In this document: in pieces, positions 7,381-17,250 of the stretch
How positions within the stretch are numbered: position 1 is the first letter of the stretch
How the letters are laid out: each line of letters opens with the position of its first letter
IMG/VR virus record: IMGVR_UViG_3300033997_000166
Coordinates: 1-26,557 of that record
DNA: 26,557 nucleotides
Source of the DNA: a virus
Lineage: Duplodnaviria; Caudoviricetes
Direction: 5' to 3' (one strand)
Program-made: the position numbers and the translations under genes
The notes under the pieces: generated by a model
Database searches by the model: none
Told to the model about the DNA's origin: nothing
The model's input: the letters and a program-made list of their open reading frames with translations, nothing else

Positions 7381-7408
7381 TCCTTCGTGCAATAGCCCGG
7401 TAAGAAGT

Positions 7409-7627
7409 ATGACCGACGACCGCGTAATGTCCGCTGCCAGTTACACGGGCGCCGGGATATCTGTTTTGTCCGGACTCACTCTGACTGATGTTGGGATTAT
7501 CGTCGGTATCGCCACGGCCATCCTGACGTTCATTGCCAACATCGTTTGGCAGGTAAGAAAGGATCGGAGAGAGAAGGAGCTATACGAGCTGGAGAGGCAG
7601 GCCCTTCATGAGAAGCTTGGCCGGTGA
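7409..7627 (+). CDS. Holin (probable pinholin)
   Basis: 72 aa with hydrophobic segments and a charged C-tail; precedes a SAR-type endolysin. Confidence 0.8.
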   Translation: MTDDRVMSAASYTGAGISVLSGLTLTDVGIIVGIATAILTFIANIVWQVRKDRREKELYELERQALHEKLGR

Positions 7628-8076
7628 AGACCTGGCAGCGCGTAACTGGCGCCGTGGCAATCGCCAGCGCACTGGTTGCTGCGCACGAAGGCCGCAGCCT
7701 TGTTGCATACGTCGACCCAGTGGGGATTCCCACAATCTGCGAAGGCATTACCGCAGGGGTTCGGCTTGGCGACAGGGCAACGCCTCAGCAATGTGACGCA
7801 CTTCTCGAAGCAGAGGTGCGCAAATCCCTCTCCTCAGTTGAGCGCATGGCAACAGTCCAGATGCCCGACACCCGGAAGGCTGCGCTAGCGTCATTCGTCT
7901 ACAACGTGGGCGAAACGCAGTTCTCCAGGTCCACGCTTCTCCGAAAGCTGAACGCTGGAGACGTCAAGGGGGCATGCGCCGAGTTGTCCCGCTGGGTGTA
8001 TGCCGGCGGCAAGGTCTACAAGGGCCTCGTTAATCGGCGCAAGGCAGAGCGGGAGCTGTGTGAGCAGGGGCTATGA
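7624..8076 (+). CDS. SAR endolysin, GH24 lysozyme
   Basis: Ala/Gly-rich N-terminal anchor, catalytic triad E22-D31-T37, SFVYNVG, GLVNRR. Confidence 0.92.
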   Translation: MKTWQRVTGAVAIASALVAAHEGRSLVAYVDPVGIPTICEGITAGVRLGDRATPQQCDALLEAEVRKSLSSVERMATVQMPDTRKAALASFVYNVGETQFSRSTLLRKLNAGDVKGACAELSRWVYAGGKVYKGLVNRRKAERELCEQGL

Positions 8077-8513
8077 CCAAATATCTGCTCATCGCTGTAG
8101 GCGTGCTGGCGATTCTTCTCGCTGGTACCGCAGCAGCCTGGCGCATGAGCGTTCTCAGCAATGAGCGTGACCAGTACCGCGCTTCCGCTGAGCAAGCCAA
8201 GGCACAGGCCAGCGACTATCAGCGCCGCGTAGAAGCCGGTAACGCCATCGAGCGCACATACCTAGAGGCAGTGAAGAGTGCAAACGCTCAAAACGATCAG
8301 CTTCGCGCTGACATCGCTTCTGGTGCTCGCCGGGTGTACGTCAAGGCCAGTTGTCCAGTGCAGCATCCCGGAGCCGCCCCCGGCTCTGATGCAGGAAGAG
8401 CCGAGCTTGCTCCCTCTGATGGACAAACTGTTTCAGATCTCCGAGCCGGCATCGAGCGGAAAGAAGCGCTGATCCGTTCTCTTCAGCAGTACATCAAAGA
8501 GGCCACCAAATGA
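8073..8513 (+). CDS. Rz: i-spanin Rz
   Basis: N-terminal TM helix, coiled coil, LRADIASGARRVYVKASCP, LQQYI. Confidence 0.9.
   Translation: MTKYLLIAVGVLAILLAGTAAAWRMSVLSNERDQYRASAEQAKAQASDYQRRVEAGNAIERTYLEAVKSANAQNDQLRADIASGARRVYVKASCPVQHPGAAPGSDAGRAELAPSDGQTVSDLRAGIERKEALIRSLQQYIKEATK
8278..8472 (+). CDS. Rz1: o-spanin Rz1 lipoprotein embedded in Rz (+1 frame)
   Basis: Signal peptide with LAGC lipobox and Pro-rich mature part (PEPPPALM). Confidence 0.88.
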   Translation: MQTLKTISFALTSLLVLAGCTSRPVVQCSIPEPPPALMQEEPSLLPLMDKLFQISEPASSGKKR

Positions 8514-8773
8514 CCTTCTCCGTCTCCAAGTACAAAGAGAAAGCGCCTCAGATTGAGGCTGTCGAGTTTCGCGATATGGCAGACGCCGGATTGCTTGCGA
8601 ATTTCGCCAAGGCCGAATCGTTCAATGCTCACGTTCCGAATGGCGAACTCACTCTTTCCCTGACTGCTAGCCGCTTCATCACGCTGTCGGTCAGTGATGT
8701 GCTGATCAAGAACGGCGAAGAGGTCAGCGTCATGAAGGGTGAGGATTTCTATAAGCAATACGAACCTGCTTAA
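8510..8773 (+). CDS. Hypothetical protein (87 aa)
   Basis: GAGG RBS, ATGA coupling; KY.EK...IEAVEF...D.LIK...F..QYE pattern. Confidence 0.75.
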   Translation: MTFSVSKYKEKAPQIEAVEFRDMADAGLLANFAKAESFNAHVPNGELTLSLTASRFITLSVSDVLIKNGEEVSVMKGEDFYKQYEPA

Positions 8774-8797
8774 GAAAAACTATCAAGGTGAATCATT

Positions 8798-9103
8798 ATG
8801 GCTCGTGGCGGAAAGCGTGAAGGCGCTGGCCGGCCCAAGGGCAGTCGTAACAAACTGACGGCTGACATCAAGGCTGTTGCTCAGTCCTTCGGCGAAGAAG
8901 GGATTATGCATCTGGTCGAGATCGCCAGGAATGGTGACGCACCGCCTGCTGCTCGCGTTGCTGCGGTGAAAGAGATTCTCGACCGTGGATATGGCAAGGC
9001 CAAGCAGCCGCTTGAGCACACTGGCGAAGATGGCGAGCCAATCAAGGCCATCACTGAGATCCGCATTGTTGGTGTGAGCCCGGATGGAAATCCGCGTACC
9101 TGA
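8798..9103 (+). CDS. terS: Terminase small subunit
   Basis: RGGKREGAGRPKGSRNK N-terminus, ILDRGYGK, EHTGEDGEPI; directly upstream of terL. Confidence 0.8.
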   Translation: MARGGKREGAGRPKGSRNKLTADIKAVAQSFGEEGIMHLVEIARNGDAPPAARVAAVKEILDRGYGKAKQPLEHTGEDGEPIKAITEIRIVGVSPDGNPRT

Positions 9104-10388
9104 GAAGCTGGTTGACGCCTTCCTGGGTCAAGCGGACGTTCGTGGTGCATGGGGCGGTCGTGGGTCTGGCAAGACCGTAAGCTTCGCCGAGATGATCGCT
9201 GTTCACGCCAGGCGCTTTGCTGAGGCCGGCATCACAGGCGTAATGCTCTGCGCTCGCCAGCATATGAACTCGATCAAGGAGTCGTCGTTTGCTGAGATCA
9301 AGGCAGCGATCCTTGGCAATGACGATCTGCGCCCATGCTTTGAGGTGGGCGAGAACTTCATTCGCACGCGTGGCTTTGCTGGTCGTGTCGACTTCATCTT
9401 CCGCGGGCTGAATGAGAACCTGGACAGCATCAAGTCCACCGCTCGCATTCTGATCTGTTGGATCGACGAGGCCGAGAACGTCAGCGAGGATGCGTATATC
9501 AAGCTTATTCCAACTCTTCGTGCTGAGGATGAAGGCTGGAACGCTGAGCTTTGGGTGACATGGAACCCTGAGCGTCGCAATAGCCCAACTGACAAGCGCT
9601 TCAGGCAGTCGAAAGACCCGCTTATCAAGATCGTCGAACTCAACTGGCGAGACAACCCGTGGTTCCCGGAGAAGCTGAACCGCGAACGACTGCGCGACAA
9701 GGCCGAGCGCCCTGACGAGTACGACTGGATCTGGGAAGGCGCATATCGAGGCATTGTCCGTGGCGCCGTCTATGGCGATGAGATCAAGGCGCTTGACGCA
9801 TCTGATCGTCTGACGCATGTCCCCTACGACAGGACCAAGCCAGTCCATATCTTCTGGGACTTGGGGCGCGCTGATAAGACGGCGATCTGGTTCGCCCAGG
9901 TCATCCCGTTCGGGTTTGCGATCCTCGATTACTACGAGCAGTCCGGCAAAGCGCTGGACCACTTCGTGCGTGAACTCCAGTCGAGGGGATACGCATACGG
10001 GGACTGTTGGCTGCCTCATGACGCAGAGAACGAACTTCTCGCTTCCCGGTTGACGGTTGCCCAACAGCTTCGAGATGCCGGATTCAAGGTGCGTATCGTC
10101 AAGAAGATCAGGGTGAGCGAGGGTATCAACGCTGCTCGCATGATCTTTGATCGGTGCTGGTTCGACCGGACCAAGACAGAGCATGGCCTAGAGGCGCTCA
10201 GAAGCTATCGCTACGAGTACAACGAAGACCGCCAGGAATTCACTCGAGAGCCGATCCACGATTGGGCCTCGCATGGCGCCGACGCATTCCGCTACCTCGC
10301 TATTGCCCTCAAGCATGACAGCGAGCCCAAGCAGCAAAAGACTAAGGCCAAGCCGCCCCGGGTGGGCGCTAACTCTTGGATGGCATGA
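9084..10388 (+). CDS. terL: Terminase large subunit (PBSX/Sf6-type, headful)
   Basis: Walker A GGRGSGKT, Walker B WIDEAE, WNP, nuclease WDLG and H..DAFRY. Confidence 0.95.
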   Translation: MEIRVPEKLVDAFLGQADVRGAWGGRGSGKTVSFAEMIAVHARRFAEAGITGVMLCARQHMNSIKESSFAEIKAAILGNDDLRPCFEVGENFIRTRGFAGRVDFIFRGLNENLDSIKSTARILICWIDEAENVSEDAYIKLIPTLRAEDEGWNAELWVTWNPERRNSPTDKRFRQSKDPLIKIVELNWRDNPWFPEKLNRERLRDKAERPDEYDWIWEGAYRGIVRGAVYGDEIKALDASDRLTHVPYDRTKPVHIFWDLGRADKTAIWFAQVIPFGFAILDYYEQSGKALDHFVRELQSRGYAYGDCWLPHDAENELLASRLTVAQQLRDAGFKVRIVKKIRVSEGINAARMIFDRCWFDRTKTEHGLEALRSYRYEYNEDRQEFTREPIHDWASHGADAFRYLAIALKHDSEPKQQKTKAKPPRVGANSWMA

Positions 10389-12451
10389 TGGCTGAGAAAG
10401 AAGACGAGATCGTTCAAGAGGCGAAGGAGCGGTTCAAGTACGCTCTGGACTTTGAGGACAGCTTCCGCAAGCTGTTCGTGGATGATCTGAAGTTCTGCAA
10501 CGCCGACAGCGACAACGGCTATCAGTGGCCAAATGATCTGCGTAAGAACCGCGAGATCGATGCGCGTCCATGCCTGACGATCAACAAGACTCGGCAGCAT
10601 GTACTGCTGATTACCAACGATGCAAAGCAGAACAAGCCGAGCGTCAAGGTACAGGCAACTGGCGGTGACGCCACCTACGAAGCCGCCCAGGTCTTCGAAG
10701 GCGTTGTGCGTCACATCGAGTACATCAGCAATGCGCAGGATGCATACGACACTGCGCTCGAGCACCAGGTGCAGGGTGGCGTCGGCTACTGGCGCGTCGT
10801 GACTGATTACGTCGACGATGAGTCGTTCGATCAAGACATCTTCATCAAGCGCGTGCGCGATCCGCTGTGTGTGCTGATCGATCCCGACGCGAAAGAGGCA
10901 GACGCATCCGATGCCAAGTGGGGATTCGTCTTCGACAATCTCAAGAAGGAAGACTTCAAGCGGAAGTATCCCAAGATCGAGGTGGGCAATGATGCACCGC
11001 TCGGCGAGGGATCTGATTGGGTGACTGAAGACCACGTGCGAGTGGCTGAATACTACCGTTGCGAGTACGTGAAGGATGAGTTGATTGCGCTGCCGGTGCC
11101 TGATGAGTTTGGCGGCAGCACTATCCAGATGATCAAGGCCAGCGAAATGCCGGCTGACATTCTGAAGGCCATCCGCGGCGACGAATCAATCCAGCGTCGG
11201 CCGATCCAGCGCAAGACCTGGAAGTGGTATCTCATTGCCGGTGGCAAGATCGTCGACAAGAAAGACTGGCCGGGCGACACGCTGCCCATCGTCAAGGCAG
11301 TCGGCGAAGAGATGATCATCGAGGGCAAGCTGGAGCGAAAGGGTCACGTCCGCAACTTGAAAGACCCTCAGCGGATGTACAACTACTGGACCAGTTCGGC
11401 AGTTGAGCAGGTCGCCCTCCAGGGCAAGCAGCCCTACATCGCTGCCTCAGAGGCCATCGAAGGCTTCGAGAACTACTACGAAACTGCAAACGTCCAGAAC
11501 TACAGCTATCTGCCATACAACGGTGTGGACGAGCAGGGCAATCAGATTCCCCCGCCTGCTCGAGAACAGCCGCCCGTAATGGCCGCCGCGTACATCAACG
11601 GCATGCAGATCGCTGGCGAAGAAATGAAGATGGTGTCCGGTCAGTACGACCCGGCGCAGGGTGACAACCCGCTTGATCAATCCGGCGTTGCTATCCGGAT
11701 GCAACAGCGCAAGAGCGACGGCGCGACGTATCAATACACAGATAACCTAGCGAAGGCCGTGCGGCGCACAGGGAAGATACTGATCGACCTGATCCCGAAG
11801 ATCTATGACACCAAGCGAGTGATCAGGATCCTCGCCGAGGACGGCACCGAGTCTGAGGTGACTATCGACCCTGATCTGCAACAGCCGATGGTCGAAGAGC
11901 AGGGCCCGGACGAAACGGTTAACCGCATCTTCAACCCAAGCGTTGGCAAGTACGACGTAATTGCGGACACCGGCCCGAGCTATGCAACGCGTCGCGACGA
12001 GGCTTTCGAAGCCATGTCGATGATGATGCAGAGCGATCCTGAGTTCAAAACGGTTGCCGGCGATCTGTACTTCCGCACCGCGAATTTCCCGATGGCAGAG
12101 GAACTTGCTGAGCGGTTCTCCAGGCTGATCCCTGACAACATCAAGGGCGAAGGTCCGCCGCCAGAACTGGTACAGGCTCAGCAGACCATCGAGCAATTGC
12201 AAGGGCAGCTCAGCGAGTCTCTGCGCGCCCTGGCTGATCTCCAGCGCGACATGAACGACAAGTCCGACTCGAACAAAATCAACGAGTACAAGGCGATCAC
12301 AGAGCGCATGGACAAGCTGCTTGCACACATCGAGGCAGGCAACCCGGCACTCAATATGGACATTCTGGCCCAGACCGAAGTCGCAGCCGCGCAAGACCCT
12401 ATGCCCATCCCGGAAACCGCGCCTGACGTTGGCGCACAGCCATTAATGTGA
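10385..12451 (+). CDS. Portal protein (P22 gp1-like)
   Basis: About 690 aa after terL; QWP, RPCLTINK, GHVRNLKDPQRMYNY, GKYDV..DTGPSYATRR, C-terminal coiled coil. Confidence 0.92.
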   Translation: MMAEKEDEIVQEAKERFKYALDFEDSFRKLFVDDLKFCNADSDNGYQWPNDLRKNREIDARPCLTINKTRQHVLLITNDAKQNKPSVKVQATGGDATYEAAQVFEGVVRHIEYISNAQDAYDTALEHQVQGGVGYWRVVTDYVDDESFDQDIFIKRVRDPLCVLIDPDAKEADASDAKWGFVFDNLKKEDFKRKYPKIEVGNDAPLGEGSDWVTEDHVRVAEYYRCEYVKDELIALPVPDEFGGSTIQMIKASEMPADILKAIRGDESIQRRPIQRKTWKWYLIAGGKIVDKKDWPGDTLPIVKAVGEEMIIEGKLERKGHVRNLKDPQRMYNYWTSSAVEQVALQGKQPYIAASEAIEGFENYYETANVQNYSYLPYNGVDEQGNQIPPPAREQPPVMAAAYINGMQIAGEEMKMVSGQYDPAQGDNPLDQSGVAIRMQQRKSDGATYQYTDNLAKAVRRTGKILIDLIPKIYDTKRVIRILAEDGTESEVTIDPDLQQPMVEEQGPDETVNRIFNPSVGKYDVIADTGPSYATRRDEAFEAMSMMMQSDPEFKTVAGDLYFRTANFPMAEELAERFSRLIPDNIKGEGPPPELVQAQQTIEQLQGQLSESLRALADLQRDMNDKSDSNKINEYKAITERMDKLLAHIEAGNPALNMDILAQTEVAAAQDPMPIPETAPDVGAQPLM

Positions 12452-12458
12452 GGTGCAC

Positions 12459-12791
12459 ATGACCAACTATCTCGGCGTCGATACCGACGAAGCAAAAATC
12501 AGCAGCCTGAGCGTCGCTGGCGCTACTCCCTTGACCAAGCTTCGGGTCGCTGCCGTCTCGTTCACCCCTGCCGCGACCGCTGCGACTTCTGCTGTTGAGC
12601 AAGCCGTCACCGTTGCCGGCGCGGTAGTAGGGGACGCTGTATCGGTCACCCCGCCCGGGACTACTGCCGGCGTGGCGGTAGCGAGTGCGCGCGTCAGTGC
12701 AGCAAACACCGTTGCAGTGATGTTCGTGAACCCCACGGCTGGCTCACTGACCGCGCCGGCTGGCAGTTACGTGTTCCTGCTCGCACGCTAA
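12459..12791 (+). CDS. Small Ala/Val/Thr-rich virion protein (possible head decoration/fibre)
   Basis: GAGG RBS; beta-rich composition; lies within the head module. Confidence 0.6.
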   Translation: MTNYLGVDTDEAKISSLSVAGATPLTKLRVAAVSFTPAATAATSAVEQAVTVAGAVVGDAVSVTPPGTTAGVAVASARVSAANTVAVMFVNPTAGSLTAPAGSYVFLLAR

Positions 12792-12808
12792 CCACACCAA
12801 ATCCAACC

Positions 12809-12832
12809 AAGCCCGCCTCGTGCGGGCTTTTT
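12809..12832 (+). terminator. Intrinsic terminator
   Basis: AAGCCCGC-CTCGT-GCGGGCTT followed by TTT. Confidence 0.8.
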
Positions 12833-12878
12833 CATTCCCGACTTCCGGCGGAACCGGATGCATATCTTGGAGTGATCC

Positions 12879-13625
12879 ATGACTGACGAAGTGATTGACG
12901 TAGCAGTTGAGCCAACTGGACAGGAAGTCGAACCGGCGCAAGAGGCCGACATCAGCAGCACCGATCAGGCCGCGGTGCAGGAAGCGGAACAGCAGGAACA
13001 GCAAGAAGAACCGAAGGCGAAGAAGCCTGATGCCTGGGTTCAGAAGCGCATCGACCAGTTGACCCGCGAGAAGTACGAAGAACGGCGCAGAACCGAGGCG
13101 CTACAGCAAGAAAACGAGACCTATCGGCGCCTGCTTGAGGCCCAGAAAGACGGCGAAAAGATCGAGTTGCCGACGCAACAGAAGTCCGATCAAGACCCGT
13201 ACGAACTGGCAAAGCAGATCCGCCGCCAGGAAGAGTTCAATGACCGCTGTAACAAGGCCTACGAGCAAGGCAAGACCGAGTTCGCCGACTTTGATGACAG
13301 CATCAAGAACCTCCAACTCCTGGGCCAGATCCCGCAAGACTTCCTTGAAGCCGTCACTGAGCTTGAGAAGCCGCATGCGGTGCTCTATGCCCTCGCGCAG
13401 GACCTCGACAACGCTGCACGCATCCTCTCCCTGCCACCCGTTCAGCAGGGCCGCGAACTTGAGCGCATTGCGCTGAAGGCCGCTGCCCCGAAAGCCAAAC
13501 CTGTATCCAAAGCTCCCGCCCCGATTGCCCCTATTGATGGCTCTCCGTCTGTCGAAGCAGATCCGACGAAGATGTCCATGGATCAGTGGGTGAAGTGGCG
13601 CGAGTCACAACTTGCCCAGAGGTAA
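12879..13625 (+). CDS. Scaffolding protein
   Basis: Acidic N-terminus, QKRIDQLT coiled coil, Pro-rich linker, MSMDQWVKWR C-terminal helix; precedes coat. Confidence 0.85.
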   Translation: MTDEVIDVAVEPTGQEVEPAQEADISSTDQAAVQEAEQQEQQEEPKAKKPDAWVQKRIDQLTREKYEERRRTEALQQENETYRRLLEAQKDGEKIELPTQQKSDQDPYELAKQIRRQEEFNDRCNKAYEQGKTEFADFDDSIKNLQLLGQIPQDFLEAVTELEKPHAVLYALAQDLDNAARILSLPPVQQGRELERIALKAAAPKAKPVSKAPAPIAPIDGSPSVEADPTKMSMDQWVKWRESQLAQR

Positions 13626-13631
13626 TGCCAG

Positions 13632-14831
13632 ATGGCCAACTCCCTTCTGACGATCGACATGATCACTCGAGAGGCTCTTCGCCTCTTCATCAACTCCAAC
13701 GCCTTCCTGAAGAACGTGGATCGTCAGTATGACGACCAGTTCGCCCGGACCGGCGCCAAGATCGGCGACACCCTGCGTATCCGCCTGCCGAACGACTACA
13801 CCGTTCGTACCGGCAAGACGGCTTCGATTCAGGACACCGTCGAGCAGAACCGTTCGCTCACCGTCTCTACCCAACAGGGTGTGGACCTGAGCTTCAGTTC
13901 GGCAGAGCGCGCTTTGAAGCTGGACGACTTCAGCGACCGCGTACTGCGCCCGGCCATGAACAACCTGGCTGGTGCTGTCGCTCTGTCGCTGATGGGCAAC
14001 GCCGAAAGCGTCAGCAACATGATCTTCAAGGACAACGGATCGGGCGGTATCGCTACTCCCGATGCATCGACCTGGCTGCTGGCCGGCGCCAAGCTGGACA
14101 ACAACAGCGCGCCGCGTGATCGCCGCAAGATCATGCTTGACCCGCTGACCCAGGCTCGCACCGTTTCGTCCCTGGCAGGCCTGTTCAACCCCCAGCAGAA
14201 GATCTCCGGCCAGTTCTCGACCGGCGAGATGTCGCGCGACACCCTCGGCTTCGACTGGTACATGGATCAGACCATCCTGAAGCGCACCAACGGCACCTTC
14301 ACTGCGGGCACCGTCAATGGCGCTGGCCAGACTGGCACCACCCTGACCACCAACGCCATCACTGGCACCCTGAACAAAGGCGACGTGATCACCATCGCCG
14401 GCGTCCTGGCCGTGAACCGCGTAACCAAGCAGTCGACCGGTGAACTTCAGCAGTTCGTGGTGACTGCCAACGTTGCGTCTGGCGCCACTTCGATCCCGAT
14501 CTACCCGGCGATCACCCCTGGCAACGTGGCGTATGCCACCGTTACCGCCTCGCCGGCAAACGGTGCTGCGCTGACCCTGATCGGCGGCGCTGGCGTGACC
14601 TTCCGGAAGAACCTGGCGTACTACCCGGAAGCGTTCACTCTGGCCACCGCTGACCTGGAGCTGCCGCGTGGCGTGCATGAGGCATCGCGTCAGGTGTACG
14701 ACGGTATCAGCATGCGCGCTGTAACCGCGTACAACGTGACCAGCGATGATTTCATCACTCGTCTGGACATCCTGTACGGGCACACCACGCTGCGCCCCGA
14801 ATGGGGTGTTGCTGTGGCAGACGTCCTCTAA
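13632..14831 (+). CDS. Major capsid protein (P22 gp5-like)
   Basis: MANSLLT start, KIGDTLRIRLP, RLDILYG; strong codon bias. Confidence 0.93.
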   Translation: MANSLLTIDMITREALRLFINSNAFLKNVDRQYDDQFARTGAKIGDTLRIRLPNDYTVRTGKTASIQDTVEQNRSLTVSTQQGVDLSFSSAERALKLDDFSDRVLRPAMNNLAGAVALSLMGNAESVSNMIFKDNGSGGIATPDASTWLLAGAKLDNNSAPRDRRKIMLDPLTQARTVSSLAGLFNPQQKISGQFSTGEMSRDTLGFDWYMDQTILKRTNGTFTAGTVNGAGQTGTTLTTNAITGTLNKGDVITIAGVLAVNRVTKQSTGELQQFVVTANVASGATSIPIYPAITPGNVAYATVTASPANGAALTLIGGAGVTFRKNLAYYPEAFTLATADLELPRGVHEASRQVYDGISMRAVTAYNVTSDDFITRLDILYGHTTLRPEWGVAVADVL

Positions 14832-14841
14832 CTGGGACGAG

Positions 14842-14873
14842 CGACAAAGGGCCCTTCGGGGCCCTTGTCGTTT
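14842..14873 (+). terminator. Terminator-like hairpin after the coat gene
   Basis: AGGGCCC-TTCG-GGGCCCT extended by CGACAA/TTGTCG, then TTT. Confidence 0.7.
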
Positions 14874-14885
14874 CTGGAGGTTCGA

Positions 14886-15113
14886 ATGTTCCAAGAATTT
14901 CCGAAATGGAAGTACAGCGTAAGCGGCAGCCAGATTGTCCAGGACGCCGCAGAGGAGCTTTCCCTTGGATCGGGATGGTTCGACACGCCTGAGGCTGCAA
15001 TCCAGCCTGCGACGCTCACCAAGGATCAACTGCTGGCCCTCGCAGAAGAGAAGGGCGTGAAAGTCGACAAGCGCTGGAGCGCTGAGAAGATTTCCGCAGC
15101 CCTTGAGGCCTGA
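14886..15113 (+). CDS. Small hypothetical head-module protein (C-terminal helix-extension-helix-like)
   Basis: GGAGG RBS; TKDQLLALAEEKGVKVDKRWSAEKI. Confidence 0.75.
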   Translation: MFQEFPKWKYSVSGSQIVQDAAEELSLGSGWFDTPEAAIQPATLTKDQLLALAEEKGVKVDKRWSAEKISAALEA

Positions 15114-15115
15114 CC

Positions 15116-15832
15116 ATGACGACCCCGAACGATCTGATCATCCTCGCCCTGAAGCAGGCAAACGTGCTTGGGGTCGGGCAGTCCGCCTCTGCTGAAGACA
15201 TTCAGGATTGTTTTGCGCTGCTGAACATGATGCTCGCGCAATGGAATCGGCGTCGCTATGCGATCTATCACCTGAAAACGGTGAACATTGCATGCGATGG
15301 GAGTCAGTCGTACACCATTGGCCCGGGCGGCGATATTGATACGACTCGTCCGAACAAGATCGAGTCCGCTTATTTCCGCCAGATCATCACGTCTGAGCCG
15401 AACCAGATCGATTACCCGCTGGAGATCATCCGTGCCCGCGAGGACTACGACCGTATCTATCTGAAGGATATGCAGTCGTTCCCACAATACCTGTTCTATG
15501 ACTCGGATTATCCACTGGGGAACGTCTTCGTTTGGCCCATCCCGGACAACCAGTATCGGTTGTTCCTTACCGTGATGGAGCCATTGCAGGTCTTCTCAAC
15601 GGTGTACGACGAGATTGAGCTTCCGCCTGAGTATCAGGAAGCGATCATGTACAACCTGGCGCTTCGGATTTACCCAATGTACGGCCTCCCCGTTAACGAC
15701 GCGGTAGTGCAACTTGCCAAGGCTTCCATAAACATCCTGGAGGCTTCGAATGTGCAAGTGCCTAGGCTGAAAGTCCCGGGTTCGCTCACCCGTGGCGGCG
15801 TCTATAACCCATATGCGGATCGCGTCCGGTGA
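15116..15832 (+). CDS. Head-to-tail adaptor (P22 gp4-like)
   Basis: DLIILALK...LNMMLAQW, LPPEYQEAIMYNLA; synteny. Confidence 0.8.
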   Translation: MTTPNDLIILALKQANVLGVGQSASAEDIQDCFALLNMMLAQWNRRRYAIYHLKTVNIACDGSQSYTIGPGGDIDTTRPNKIESAYFRQIITSEPNQIDYPLEIIRAREDYDRIYLKDMQSFPQYLFYDSDYPLGNVFVWPIPDNQYRLFLTVMEPLQVFSTVYDEIELPPEYQEAIMYNLALRIYPMYGLPVNDAVVQLAKASINILEASNVQVPRLKVPGSLTRGGVYNPYADRVR

Positions 15833-17250
15833 AATTTCCTCTCACGCAAGGGGCGTATCAATCGCGTAGCGTCATCGCGAACGCCCAGCGGTGCCTGAAC
15901 CTGTTCCCGGAGTCGAATACTGAGGACGCGCCGTTCCCGGTCACTCACTACACGACTCCAGGCCTTCAGTTGCGCGGAACTGCTCCAAACAACGAGCCAT
16001 GGCGCTGCCTCTACGCTGCGTCCAATGGAGTTCTATATGGGGTAACTGGAGGGAAGGTCTATGCGATTGATGATGCATTTGCCTTCGAAGAGATTGGAGA
16101 TGTCAACTTCGCCCCTGGGCTTGTGTATGCCGTAGATAACGGCGTTCATGTGTTTCTCGTAGATGGCACGGCAGACGGGTATACGATCAAGCTGAAGACG
16201 AACGAGCTATCGAAGGTAACTGACGGCTCGTTTTATGGATCATCGCGTATTGATATCTGCGACGACTTCTTCTTGTTCAACCGCCCCGGGACAAACCAGT
16301 GGTACATCTCCAATTTCCAAGATGTGACCTTCGATTCACTGGATTTCGCGGCGAAAACTGGTTTTTCTGACAACGTTGTAGCTGTGGCCGCGGTGAAGCG
16401 TCAGGTGTTTGTATTCGGAGAACTGACCACAGAGGTATGGTTCAACGAAGGAAATGCCACTTTCCCGTTCAGTCGTATGCCTGGAGCATTCATACAGCAT
16501 GGTTGCGCCTCGGTCGGCAGCATCCAGCAAATGGATGGATCGCTTTACTGGCTTAGTCGAAGCCCTCAGGGGCACTGTGTATTCGTCAGATCTGTCAACT
16601 ACGAAGCCGCTCGGATTTCCACTCATGCAATTGAGCAGGAGATAAGCAAATACGCGCGTGTTGATGATGCGATTGCATACACATACCAGCAGGACGGCCA
16701 CTACTTCTATGTGGTGAATTTCCCCACTGCGGACAAAACGTGGGTATATGACCTGGCTACCCAGATGTGGCATGAGCGGGCTTGGCTCGACTCAGATGGC
16801 ATAGAGCACCGTCACCGCAGTAACTGTCATGCATTCTGGAAGGGAATGACTCTGGTTGGCGATTGGGAGAATGGAAAGCTCTACCAGATGCGGACGGATG
16901 TGTATCAAGACAACGGTGCAGCTATCCGCCGAGTGCGCTCATTCCCGCACATGTTGAGTGATTCGAACCGGATCATGTACCGCGAATTAGTGGCCTCCAT
17001 GGAGGTTGGTGACGGTAGGCCTGATAGCTTCGAATCTGGTGAATTGCGCCTGCGCTGGAGCGACACGGGAGGCGCTAGCTGGGGGAGTTCTGTCAGCAGT
17101 GAACTAGGTCCGCGTGGCGATCACATCAGGTCATTGCAATTCCAGCGCCTCGGATATGCGCGAGACCGAGTGTTCGAACTGTCGTGGATGGCCAACACGA
17201 AAACCGCGCTGAACGGCGTATTTCTGCGCGTGGAAGAGGCCAACGAGTGA
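15829..17250 (+). CDS. Tail hub / DNA stabilisation protein (P22 gp10-like)
   Basis: 473 aa beta-propeller-like; FGELTTEVW, ISTHAIEQ, TWVYD..T..WHER, LRWSDTGG. Confidence 0.88.
   Translation: MKFPLTQGAYQSRSVIANAQRCLNLFPESNTEDAPFPVTHYTTPGLQLRGTAPNNEPWRCLYAASNGVLYGVTGGKVYAIDDAFAFEEIGDVNFAPGLVYAVDNGVHVFLVDGTADGYTIKLKTNELSKVTDGSFYGSSRIDICDDFFLFNRPGTNQWYISNFQDVTFDSLDFAAKTGFSDNVVAVAAVKRQVFVFGELTTEVWFNEGNATFPFSRMPGAFIQHGCASVGSIQQMDGSLYWLSRSPQGHCVFVRSVNYEAARISTHAIEQEISKYARVDDAIAYTYQQDGHYFYVVNFPTADKTWVYDLATQMWHERAWLDSDGIEHRHRSNCHAFWKGMTLVGDWENGKLYQMRTDVYQDNGAAIRRVRSFPHMLSDSNRIMYRELVASMEVGDGRPDSFESGELRLRWSDTGGASWGSSVSSELGPRGDHIRSLQFQRLGYARDRVFELSWMANTKTALNGVFLRVEEANE

Noticed and set aside
7409-7429. 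Dual-start holin/antiholin motif (Met1/Met7)
   Set aside because: The extension MTDDRV is net acidic, unlike the basic Met-Lys-Met type, and no clear second RBS is present.
14800-14890. Coat frameshift or read-through into the next ORF
   Set aside because: Clean TAA, no slippery heptamer, and the downstream gene has its own GGAGG RBS.
9051-15029. Long antisense ORFs over terL, portal and coat (e.g. 9051-10184, 13605-15029)
   Set aside because: Antisense shadows of codon-biased genes.
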